Source: Utricularia gibba
Taxonomy: Eukaryota > Plantae > Magnoliophyta
Reading direction: 5' to 3'
DNA: 37,748 nucleotides
Assembly (NCBI GenBank): GCA_002189035.1
Contig: NEEC01000269.1
Coordinates: 1-37,748 of the forward strand
Shown: positions 27,635 through 37,197 of the stretch, in pieces
Layout: every line of letters starts with the position of its first letter
How positions within the stretch are numbered: position 1 is the stretch's first letter
Notes under the pieces: generated by a model
Told to the model about the DNA's origin: nothing
The model's input: only the letters and a program-made list of their open reading frames with translations
The model's database searches: none
Position numbers and translations under genes: made by a program

Positions 27635-28091
27635 CGATATGACCCTTCAATCAACAAGTGATTGGCAAACCAGTTATTGGTTTAAAAGAAGCAATCCCTC
27701 ACAGAAAAGAAGTTGGCCCTTAAGGATTGAAAGATCCTTGCAACCCAAACTATGAAATGGTATCACACTCACAGAATCAAGGAAGGAATTGGGAGTGATA
27801 AACCACACACTAGACCACAAGCAAGGCTTGATAAATCTAAGTTCTACAAGAACTCAAGAAAGGAGAATTGCTCTCAAATGTGATTACAATCAAAGTTGTC
27901 CAAAACAAGAGTAAGGCCCTTCTTATATAGACGAAGGGTTTGGCCTTATTGGAAGAAAAGTAGTAATAATAATGCATTTGGTAGTAATGGGCCTTCTCTA
28001 ATCCAGTTGATCCACTATGACAAGGTTGAATTCCAGGCCAAACACCTCATTGCTTGATTGATTGGCCCATAAGCTCTTAAGCACTTCTTGA
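27635..28091 (-). mobile_element. 3' LTR of the CRM element, missing its first ~110 bp and the PPT
   Basis: Aligns to 31,082-31,539 with about 32 differences in 457 bp (~93%, manual count). Homology stops at aagcacttcttga, where post-protease sequence begins. Confidence 0.92.
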
Positions 28092-30364
28092 GTTCACTCT
28101 TTTCACATGACTGATTCTTGCAACAAGGCTCTCCACTTCTTTTTTCCTCACAACTCCTTCATTCACGTCTTTCTTTTCACTCTCTTTTTTAGATGTTCTT
28201 TTCCTTTCTCGTGATATCTCTTTTTTCTCCCCCATACTCTCATCCCTCAACTCACCAAAAGATTTGATAGCGGTAGCAATCTTAACTTGATCTTCGTGTG
28301 CTCTTTTGGAGATAAAGGCACCAACGTGATGGGTTTTCCTTTAATGGAAAAGGAATACTTGTTTTATAGCCATCATGGTGTTTGAGAAAGTGAGTACTCT
28401 CCATAAACTGAGGGACGTGGGCCACTATTCCTTCCTATGCACATGGTGTCAAAGAAGAGTAGAAGTAGTGAGCCCACCTCCCACATTTCTCTCAACTACT
28501 TGCAGTTATTTCCACTCCACTTTTGGGAGTTGTTAGTGAGTCGTGGATGCATCTTTCTCGCATCTAGTTAGGCTAATTTCTAGTATAAATCTCGAAGTCT
28601 TGTATTCAGTCTTTACTCAATATTATTGATCCGGTTTTTCAGGTTATCCCTGCTTCAATTTTGCTTCTTCATCGTCGTCCTCGTGTAGTTTCTGTTCCAG
28701 AATCAATTTGCATCACTTCACTCCAACACATGGATCACCTTACTATCATATTGCCAAGGCCTTCCCAAGAGTATGTGTCCAGCATGCATGGGAACTACAT
28801 CACAAAGAACCTCATCCTGATACTTTCCAATTTGGAAAGCAACAAGAACTTGTTTATTGACCTTTACTTCACTCCCTTCGTTCAACCATTGAAGCCTGTA
28901 GGGATTTGGATGTTTGAGAGTAGGAAGTTGGAGTTTATCCACCATGAGAGTACTAGCAACATTTGTGCAACTACCTCCATCGATTATTAGGCTACATACC
29001 TTCCCATGTGCAAAGCAACGTGTATGGCATAAGTTTTCGCGTTGCTCCTCCATTGGCTTAGCATCCATGACTGAAGTCCTTCTTGTTACCAAACTTTTAC
29101 CAATAACAGGTTGTTGTTCCCCATCATATATCTCATGTAAAGCACTTCCACTTTCACTCTCAACTTCAGATTCAACATCTCCATAATCCCTTAGAACCAT
29201 GGTCCTCTTGTTTGGGCATTCTGAAGCAATATGACCATGGCCGAGACATTTGAAGTATTTGATATTTTTTGTTTGCCCAGAAAACTTAAATCCTCTTTCC
29301 TTGTGTCGAGTATTTGAAGTGCCCTCTTTCATCGATTCTAACTTGGTTGATTTCCCAAATGAGGATAATTTGGTTTCTTCTCCTTACTTCCAGCAACATT
29401 CCACGAAGTAGAAGGTTTTGGATGGTCTCTTTGTTGTCCCTTAGACTTTAGTTGCTTCTCAATCTTGATGGCAACGTGCAACATGTCTTCAATCTCTACA
29501 TAGTGTTGCAGCTCGACCACTTGAGAAATTTCCTTGTTTAAGCCATAGAGGAATCTTGCCATTGTAGCTTCCCTATCCTCTGTTATGTTGGCTCGAATCA
29601 TTAATACCTCCATTCTTGCCCATATTCTTCCACGGTTTTGCTCCCTTGGGTGAGTTTCTGCAAGTTTTGGTGTTGATCTCTTTGGTAGTGGTTGGGAATG
29701 AACCTTTTTCTCATGATCCTCTTCATTTCAGTCCAAGTGCGATTTGGTTCTTCATCATTTCGTCTTCTGTTGAGTACTATGTTATCCCACCAAGTTATGG
29801 CATAATCTAAACTCAACAACAGCAAGCTTGATCTTCTTGGCTTCAAAATAGTTGTGACAATCAAACACATGCTCCACACGAGTCTCCCACTCCAAGTAGG
29901 CATTTGGATCGTTTTTCCCTTGAAAAGGAAAGATTTTCAAATTCCTTGTATTCACTTGTGTATCTACCCCTTGGTCTTTCATCATGTCCTGCATCACGAT
30001 TTGGCCTCCTATTTCTTTGATATCTTCGTTCTATATCATCACCACCAGATGAATCATACTTATCAAAGATGTTGTTATTATTTCTCCTTTGTTCACCATG
30101 CCTTGCCTCTTAGGCCTCAGATTCCGAATCTTTTTCTAGTTGAGAATTCCTTCTACTATGGTGTGATGGAACTCTTGTTCTTCCATGGGAGACACTATCC
30201 TCTTCTTGCTTTTTGATGTTCTTGAGAGATTCATCATGTTCCTTTAATTTGATGTGGATTTGCTCCATGCAGCTTTGCAGTCTTTAACTCACCTTGCATT
30301 GCATTAAGTACGAACAACCATCCATTGCACCTGATTCTTCTGCAGGGTTGTTAGAGCTCGACAT
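28092..30364 (-). pseudogene. gag-pol: CRM gag-protease polyprotein, frameshifted and interrupted by a solo LTR
   Basis: Consecutive minus-strand ORF pieces 29782-29997, 29601-29903, 29338-29613 and 28718-29332 give retrotransposon gag, an eroded CX2CX4HX4C knuckle (YFKCLGHGHIASEC) and an aspartic protease (IIDGGS). The frame resumes after the insertion (…HDGY…KYSFSIKGKPITLVPLSP). The start at 30,364 (MSSSNNP) is tentative. Confidence 0.9.
28379..28728 (+). mobile_element. 350-bp solo LTR nested in the CRM element just after the protease domain
   Basis: TGTTT...CAACA termini. Perfect 5-bp TSD CATGG (28,374-28,378 and 28,729-28,733). TATA-like tagtataaat near 28,581. Removing it rejoins VIH/DGY. 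Family not determined; the short length is copia-like. Confidence 0.9.
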
Positions 30365-31067
30365 CCTACTACAAGTTAAAAGTGTAGACAAAAGGAAGGA
30401 AAGAGAACAATGAAAGAAAGATAGAAGTAAAAGAAGAAGGAGAGAATTTTCAAACCTCAAGTCCTCTTGAACTTTAAGACTCAATAAACCTTAAATGATC
30501 AATCTAAGTGTGGTTCAAAGAGATAACAGTGGCTAGGGTAATGAGTGGGATAAAGAAAATGAGCAATATAGGACTTGGTGATGGTAACAGTACTTATGAA
30601 TAAGTAAGAGTAGGAATAGAAGGATAGAGTGTAACTTGTTGTGATTAACACACAAGAGGTAGGTAGATAATTGAAAAGAGTCAAAATGGAATATAAGTGT
30701 GACAATAGACAAAGTTGTGCAATATTGACTTTTCTTTTATTTGGTAAGTAGAAGATTCAATGGATTCAAATGACTAGCTCCTTTTTTTTTACTTTTCTTG
30801 TGTGTGAAAAGTTGAAAATTCAATGAATTCAGGTGCTAACCTTCTTTTTCCCTTCAACACATTTTTTTTTTCTTTTTGCAGCAATCCAGAAGAAAAGGAT
30901 GAAAGAAACAAAGATAAGAAACCCCCTTGGTTTTTCTTTTCAGAAGAAAAATGAGCAAAAGACAAGATAAGCAAATAAGGATAAATCTGGACTAGTTTCT
31001 GGTTTTTTTTTTTTCTTTAGAACGAAACCACAACAAGATAGATAGGAGATGAAGAAGAGAAACATTG

Positions 31068-31079
31068 GCTCTGATACCA
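31068..31079 (-). promoter_or_regulatory. Primer-binding site (tRNA-iMet) of the CRM element
   Basis: Minus strand reads TGGTATCAGAGC, 2 nt after the LTR end ...TATCA. Confidence 0.95.
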
Positions 31080-31081
31080 CC

Positions 31082-31650
31082 TGATACGACCCTCCAATCA
31101 ACAAGTGATTGGCAACCAAATCTTGGTTGAAAAGAAGCAATCTCTCAAGGAAAAGAAGTTGGCCCTCAAGGATTGAAAGATCCTTGCAACCCAAACTATG
31201 AAATGATACCACACTCACATAATCAAGTAAGGAATTGGGAGCAATAAACCACACACTAGACACCACAAGCAAGGCTTGATAAGTCTAAGTTCTACAAGAA
31301 CACAAGAAAGGAGAATTGCTCTCAAATATGATTACAATCAAAGTTGTCCAAAACAAGACTAAGACCCTTCTTATATAGATGAAGGATTGGGTCTTATTGG
31401 AAGAAAAGGAGTAATAACAATGCATTTGGTAGTAATGGGTCTTCTCTAATCCAGTTGATCCACTATGACAAGGTTGAATTCCAGGGCAAACACCTCATTG
31501 CTTGATTGATTGGCCCATAAGCTCTTAAGCACTTCTTGATTATTTCTTGCTCTTGATCTAGGGATTGGCGCAACTGAAATCAATGGAGGATTATTGATCT
31601 TGTGTCATTTGTCTTCATTGGGATGATCTGTAGCATCAATGATCTCATCA
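31082..31650 (-). mobile_element. Complete 569-bp CRM LTR (TGATG...TATCA)
   Basis: Canonical inverted termini. TATA box (ctatataag on minus, ~31,371). CR-motif-like peptide APIPRSRAR encoded in its 5' part. Bounded by a PPT and a PBS. Confidence 0.93.
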
Positions 31651-31664
31651 TCCCCCCCTCCTTC
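31651..31664 (-). promoter_or_regulatory. Polypurine tract
   Basis: Minus strand GAAGGAGGGGGGGA directly abuts the TG of the LTR. Confidence 0.9.
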
Positions 31665-31793
31665 TTTTAGCAGATTCATCCTTGAATCGTCACCATCTAC
31701 ATCTCAAGTAACCAAGTCAGCCATATTGAATGTAGAGTGCACCGAAAACTCACCTAAAAGATTAATCTTATAAGCATTGTCATTGATTTTGTC
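31651..31793 (-). pseudogene. pol: C-terminal fragment of CRM integrase reading into the LTR
   Basis: Manual translation gives DKINDNAYKINLLGEFSVHSTFNMADLVT*DVDGDDSRMNLLKEGGG, continuing DDEII... into the LTR. This matches the typical CRM integrase tail (…INDNAYK…VSATFNVSDL…). Confidence 0.88.
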
Positions 31794-32788
31794 ATTGGAC
31801 TTCTTCACAAATGGACTGGAGAAAGATACCGATGCCTATTGTTGCTGTGATTTGAATATATGGGGATGCATGGAGATTAGACCAGCACTGATGCGCACGT
31901 CCATAGCACCATAAAGTCCATCCCATAACCTCTAACCAAGTACTTCACCATTCATGTATCGTCAAACGATACAAAGGGGGTACACTAGGAGATTGAACTT
32001 GGGTCATAACACCAACAGGATCCCATACTTCTTAGTGTATCCTGTTGCTTTCTCTTATGATGTTCCATGGCAACATGGTGAGACGTACGCAGAGGAGTCA
32101 CGAGTTCACTTCGTATACCTCGCACAGCTCCCACACCCCACATTCGTTTTGTTACATAGTAAAGCACTACCTCACCATAATTTATTGGTATCGCTTAGGC
32201 AGTTGATCACGCCTTGCGAAATGCATACTTCATACCCCTCACCATGAGGATAGAGAGATCACTTGGTTAAGCAATTGGAAAAGCCGTGTGCACAAAACGT
32301 GAGTGTGTCCCGTATCCTAATGCCTTGACCTATATCTGATTGAGCGTTTTGCTAGTGCATCTTTACTAGTGTGGCCACTTTTCCATCCTGTCTACCAGTG
32401 CGATGCAATGTACAAAGTATAATGGGTGGTCGTCTTCTTTCAAGCATAGACACCAGTCTATCAGTGGCTGGTCTCTATTGTCAAACTCCCATGCTCTTGT
32501 AGGCGTTGACATCCATGCGCACTACCTCCTCTCTTTTCTCCATTGCTGGACAGTTCTCACTAGCTTTACCATTATGTGGTGGTGTTTCGGACTTCTTAAC
32601 GAATGGACTGGAGAATGAGACCAGTGGCCTATTGTTGCTCCCGTTTAAATACATGGGGATGTGTGGAGATTAGACAAGCACTGATGTGCAAGTCCAAAGC
32701 ACCATAAAGTCCATCCCATGGCCTCTAAACAAGTACTTCACCATTCATGTATCGTCAAACGATACCAAGGGGGTACGCCTTGAGCAAT
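31794..32788 (+). repeat. Diverged satellite remnants with large internal deletions
   Basis: Monomer motifs are retained (ggagattagaccagcactgatgcgcacgtccatag; gcagaggagtcacgagttcact; gggtggtcgtcttc). Collapsed region around 32,111-32,250. Confidence 0.9.
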
Positions 32789-33378
32789 TGATGAGCCCGA
32801 GAAGTGTATTTAAAGAATGATGAGAAGTTTGTCCAAGTGAACACATTAGATACAAAGATGATTCCACCAGGACCAATGACTAGAAGCAAGAGCAAAATGC
32901 TTGAAGATACACTTAAGGCTCTACTCAATACAATTGGAATCAAACATGGGCTTGAAGACATCCCATCAAAAGAGCTCAACTACTTGAAGGTGGATTTACC
33001 TTAGAGCAATGGACTTGTTAGACTTTTCTATTTCATTTAGTTTGGGCAAGTAATGTTAGAGCCCAATCCTAGAGTATAAATACTCTAGATATACTCTTTC
33101 AGGACCTTTAGTCATTTCATGTATGTTGTGAGGATTCTCCTCTTCTTTGAATGCTTGAACACTCTTAACTTATCAAGCTTTGAGCTTGTGTGTTCTAGGA
33201 TTATCTCTTCCAATCCCTCTCTCTTTTCTGAAGTGTGGCTCCTAATTTTCTTTGTTTCGAAGTCTGGTTGCAAGAGATTCATTCTCTTGTGGGTAGACTT
33301 GGGTGGGTTCTCTTCTAAGCTTCAAAATCACCTCTTGTTCGTGGGTTACTAATCTCTATAGATTAGAGGGTCACATCA
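32789..33378 (+). mobile_element. 590-bp CRM-type solo LTR inserted in a satellite monomer
   Basis: TGATG...CATCA termini. TSD gcaat/gcaac (1 mismatch). Encodes GPMTRSKSK (CR-motif-like). TATA box at ~33,075. Excision restores the monomer sequence ttgagcaacgacatgg seen at ~37,485. Confidence 0.9.
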
Positions 33379-33507
33379 GCAACGACATGGTTTATAACAC
33401 CCAAAGGATCCCATAGTACTTGGTGTATCCTATTGCTTTCTCTCGTGATGTTCCATGGTATCATTGTGAAACGTGCACAAAGGATTCACGAGTTCACTCT
33501 ATGGTGG
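33379..33507 (+). repeat. Continuation of the interrupted satellite monomer
   Basis: gcaacgacatggtttataacacc...cacgagttcactctatggtgg is collinear with the monomer. Confidence 0.88.
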
Positions 33508-34043
33508 TTCTTGTTCATTCTATAGGTCATCACAAACTGTGAATAGCTATCAGGTAGTGAGGTAAGGATCAAGTCAATATTCATGTCCTTATCCAACACA
33601 AAACCAAGAGATGACAACTTTTCAATGTAACTCAACATCAATGTTGCATGATCAGCAGCAGAATTTCCTTCTGCCAAGCGACAATTGAACAACAGCTTTG
33701 ATGTCGTGAATCTTTCAAGTCGTGAGTGCTCGCCAAACAGATTCTTGAGGTGTGTTATCATCTGTGGGCAAGTCATCGACTCACGCTGTTTTTGGAGATC
33801 AGGGGCCATCTAAGCAAGCATGATACAGCAGATAAGCTCAGCATCATCTAGATACTTCTGATATGCATGCCGAACATCTTCAGCTGCATTAGCCCTGGGT
33901 TGTGCAGGAACATCTTGCTCAAGGATGTAAGCAATCTTCTCCGCCTTGAGAACAATTCTCAGATTGCGGTGCCAATCAGTAAAATTCGAGCCAACCAACT
34001 TGTTGGACTCTATAATGGATCTCAAATTCACGCCAGAAGACAT
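33508..34043 (-). pseudogene. gag: Ty1/copia (Angela-like) gag N-terminus, with a premature stop and truncated
   Basis: MSSGVNLRSIIESNKLVGSNFTDWHRNLRIVLKAEK...IMLA*MAPDLQKQ...LILTSLPDSYSQFVMTY is a typical copia UBN2-type gag. It is fused to satellite at ~33,507. Confidence 0.9.
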
Positions 34044-34941
34044 ATCTTCAACTTGAAGAAGAGAAAGCAAACACATCATGTAGTGTTCCTTAAATCACAT
34101 GCAACTTGTCTTTATCAAATGTGATATACTTCCACTAGGTTTTTCGAGATGGCAGTCCCCTACTGACAAAACGAGAAAATCACATTTTCTTAATGGGACA
34201 GTGTCCCATTTCATTCATCTCCACCTTGACTGTAGCCAAAAAGCTTTAATGAATGAAACAGGTAGTCATCTCATGCCAATTGTATCTCTCATACAACCAT
34301 GTATCATTGAGCCATCAACTCTTGATGTAAAAAACTATTTACCTCAACCTTTCTTCCAATTTTGCCAACCTTGGCTTTAGTCTGAATCTAATTCAGTTAA
34401 TAAGTTGATAAAATCAGTTAAGAAAACCCACTCTGAATCTAATTCAATAATTCAAACATGTCATGTTGTAGTGGAGAGCTTGACGGTAGCCAACAACTCT
34501 ATGCACTAAAAATGTCTTTCGTTCTCCTTATGTCAGTGGAAGGAATAAGCTTAATTATTTAGTAGGGGATTTTTCCATAGGCAACACTTGCACCATGGAT
34601 ATCGATATCCTATCACATAGGAATCATGACATCCATTGCCCTTTCGTGCATAACGCATCATATCCCTTTATTTTCACACATAATGAACGAAAATCCTAAT
34701 TGACCCTAGATGCCTTGGTCACAAATAAATTATTAAACATCATATGCATCAATAATTCACCAATATGATCATCATCATCCAAATTCGTGCAGAGGCCATC
34801 ATGCCCCACGACTACACACATATAAGTCATCATCATGCTGCGCATTTAGATGTAAGATATAATTCTCGAAAGCATCAATCACGAATGAAATTTCGTGCAT
34901 CCTAAGGCAGCAAAACAATCCAACATAATCAGATTTCGTGC

Positions 34942-35107
34942 ATCACATGCTATTATGATGATCGCCGGCAAGGCTACATACGACAACATCTCGCAATCAC
35001 ATGCTATAACAATAATCGCTAGCAAGGCAACATACGAGAGCATCTCGCAAATCAGCAAAGATTTTAACGTATCACTGGCAAGGCAACATACTAGAACATC
35101 TCGCAAA
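34942..35107. repeat. ~54-bp imperfect repeats (2 full copies and 1 partial) in the copia 5' UTR
   Basis: The motif gcaaggc(t/a)acatac...catctcgcaa occurs three times, and atcacatgctat twice. Confidence 0.75.
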
Positions 35108-35146
35108 ATCAAAAAAGATTCTAGCGTATACAAGTATTCCGTAAGC

Positions 35147-35160
35147 TGGCTCCGATACCA
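35147..35160 (-). promoter_or_regulatory. Primer-binding site (tRNA-iMet, one mismatch) of the copia element
   Basis: Minus strand TGGTATCGGAGCCA, upstream of gag and directly after the LTR-like sequence. Confidence 0.88.
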
Positions 35161-35162
35161 CT

Positions 35163-36504
35163 TTTGGGTTTCTCGTAGACATCATATGTCATGAAAGCAG
35201 CGGAATTTTCAAAATTTTAAGAAACGCCAATCGTAGATCTTGGAATACGGTATACATCAGAAAAAGGGATGCTGAAATTACCTTTCAAAGGACTCCGTTG
35301 TTCACCAACCCCCAATAGCAGACGGTCTCTATGGTATCCACACATGGAGCGCTCCATCGATAACCTTCTCAAGACTATTGAATGCTGGTCGAATTCCTCA
35401 GGTGCTAGTCGAGCAAAACGGCCCCTTGTGGATCAATCTCAGAGAGCACGAAGACCTAGAAGCTAATCTGTAGATTTAAATCTTTTGATAGATATTTGGT
35501 AACATATAAAATCAAATCTCCGTAAAGATCTCATCTTCTGGAGATATATATATGTTCCAAATCTTATCTATATGAGATCTTTTACTTTGAGTTTAATCAA
35601 ATTTAATCTCAAAATAACTCTCTAATTAATCCACTTTACCAATTACATCTCATGTAATTGTGTCATTCTATTTTATATCGTTGAGTGACTCCACTATTGT
35701 GTGTGACCCTATAGGCTTCTTCAATCAAGGCCATAATAATGGATTTATTAATTAACTCTTAATTAATCAAATCCATCATTATCGATCATGAGTGATGTCT
35801 AGCAACATATCATGATCCTCTAGATGTAAGAATAATCAGGTGAACTGATTGAGCCTTTCCATGACCAGCCACCATGCAATGAACAGCTTTCATCATACTT
35901 ATATCTCATTCGATACTAGAATATGGGTGTGTGTCTTTCTGATGTATCGAATTTATAATTGCATTCAAGCACTAACACTCAATGACCTACTCAAAAATTT
36001 CGAGTGTCGTTATCTTGGGCCCAGGACTTACTGTTAGGCTTTGATGCAATTACTTGAGATATGATCTCATCGCTAACATGAGTGATGAATCCTTTATTGA
36101 TCAATCAACAATCTCCAACCTTAAGGAGTCACATCCCTACTCATCCATATTAGGCAAGCCAAGGTTAGGCTCCCATTAGTAATGAGCGAAAATGTGAGCT
36201 TAAGACCAAGATAACTTTGTTGACCTCAAGTCTAAGCTTAATTGCACGGCTGTCATATTCGAGATCTTGCTACTTACATTTGGTTAGCTTCCCATAATAG
36301 TATCTCGAAGATGAGTGATTGTGTGAATCGATTCTGTAATTGACACCCACACATAGGTTCTAGTAATCTCATTGCATCAATTGTGTGAACCATTGCCTAA
36401 ATAGTTTAGGGAACTCAATGTGTGCCAACTTATCCGTATTTGTGATATCCTCATTTCACAAATACTCTAGTCAGGGAGTTTTTTAGCTTGAACATAAATG
36501 CTTG
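35163..36504 (-). mobile_element. Angela-like copia 5' LTR lacking its first ~155 bp
   Basis: Lies immediately upstream of the PBS. Its distal end is homologous to the LTR start fragments at 25,495 and 37,012. Inferred full length ~1.5 kb. The 3' boundary is approximate because the terminal CA is eroded. Confidence 0.78.
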
Positions 36505-37011
36505 TCACTAAAATAAGCAAGTGGACGTCCATTTTGCATCAATACAGCACCAATGCCTAAACCTGATGCATCACATTCAATTTCAAAAGTGCTAGGAGAG
36601 GTGTTGAGCAAAGCTTATCCTTGAGTTGCAGGAAGGCATGTTCCTGCTCGTCTCCCCAATGAAATGGGTAATTTTTCTTGATCAATTGAGTGAGGGGTGC
36701 TGCTATAGAGCTGAAATTCTTAACAAACCGTCTATAGAAACTCGCTAAGCCATCGAAACTCCTAACTTCACCAACTGATGTAGGTGTTGGTCATTCCCTA
36801 ATTGCTCACTTTCTCTTCATCCACATCTACTCCTGCATCACTTACAACATGTTCAAGAAAAGAGACACAATTCGTGCAAAAGACACACTTCTTGATGTTA
36901 GCAAACAAATTCTCTTTTCGAAGAGTATCTAACACATCCTTCAAATGCCTCCATGTTCCTCAAGTCCCTTGCTATAGATTAGAATATAATCAAAATAAAC
37001 AACTACGAATC
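36505..37011 (-). pseudogene. pol: Ty3/gypsy (CRM-like) reverse transcriptase C-terminus and RNase H start, frameshifted
   Basis: Manual translation across frameshifts gives RFVVVYFDYILIYSK (eroded YFDD), GLASFYRRFVKNFSSIAAPLTQL and [27 protein letters not shown]. Confidence 0.9.
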
Positions 37012-37197
37012 TATTGGTGTATGTGTTATAGAGACAATCAATTCATTGGCAAATCTTATCCTTTGATGTTTACCTTGAATTGTGATCAAGTTTACATCAC
37101 TGATAAAATCCTCTACTTGATCTACGTGCTATAGAAATTATGATGAGATCATAATGTGAGATTCTTCAAGGACTTATGCTCAAGTTCAAAAACTGCC
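37012..37197 (+). mobile_element. 5' fragment of an Angela-like copia LTR
   Basis: T(A)TTGGTGTATGTGTTATAGAGACAATC start; about 90% identical to 25,495-25,680. Confidence 0.8.

Larger units (their letters stand above)
27635..31650 (-). mobile_element. Ty3/gypsy chromovirus, CRM (centromeric retrotransposon) clade; internally deleted, lacks RT/RNaseH/integrase
   Basis: Two LTR copies (27,635-28,091 and 31,082-31,650), a tRNA-Met PBS, and gag-protease with CRM-type motifs (FQGKNDPNAYLEWE, CLGHGHIASECP, LIIDGGSCTN, LLGRPWQYD). Confidence 0.92.

Noticed and set aside
27630-31798. cattg on both sides of the CRM block as a TSD
   Set aside because: The right copy follows a truncated integrase rather than an LTR end, and ~140 bp of satellite are missing between the two sides.
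32111-32183. Apparent foreign 75-bp insertion in a monomer
   Set aside because: Patches (cacagctc, cattc, ctcacca) align loosely to the monomer, so it is more likely heavily deleted satellite.
34099-36037. Short ORFs in the copia 5' UTR and LTR (e.g. 34895-35194, 35269-35466)
   Set aside because: They lie antisense within non-coding retroelement sequence; one simply reflects the 54-bp repeats.
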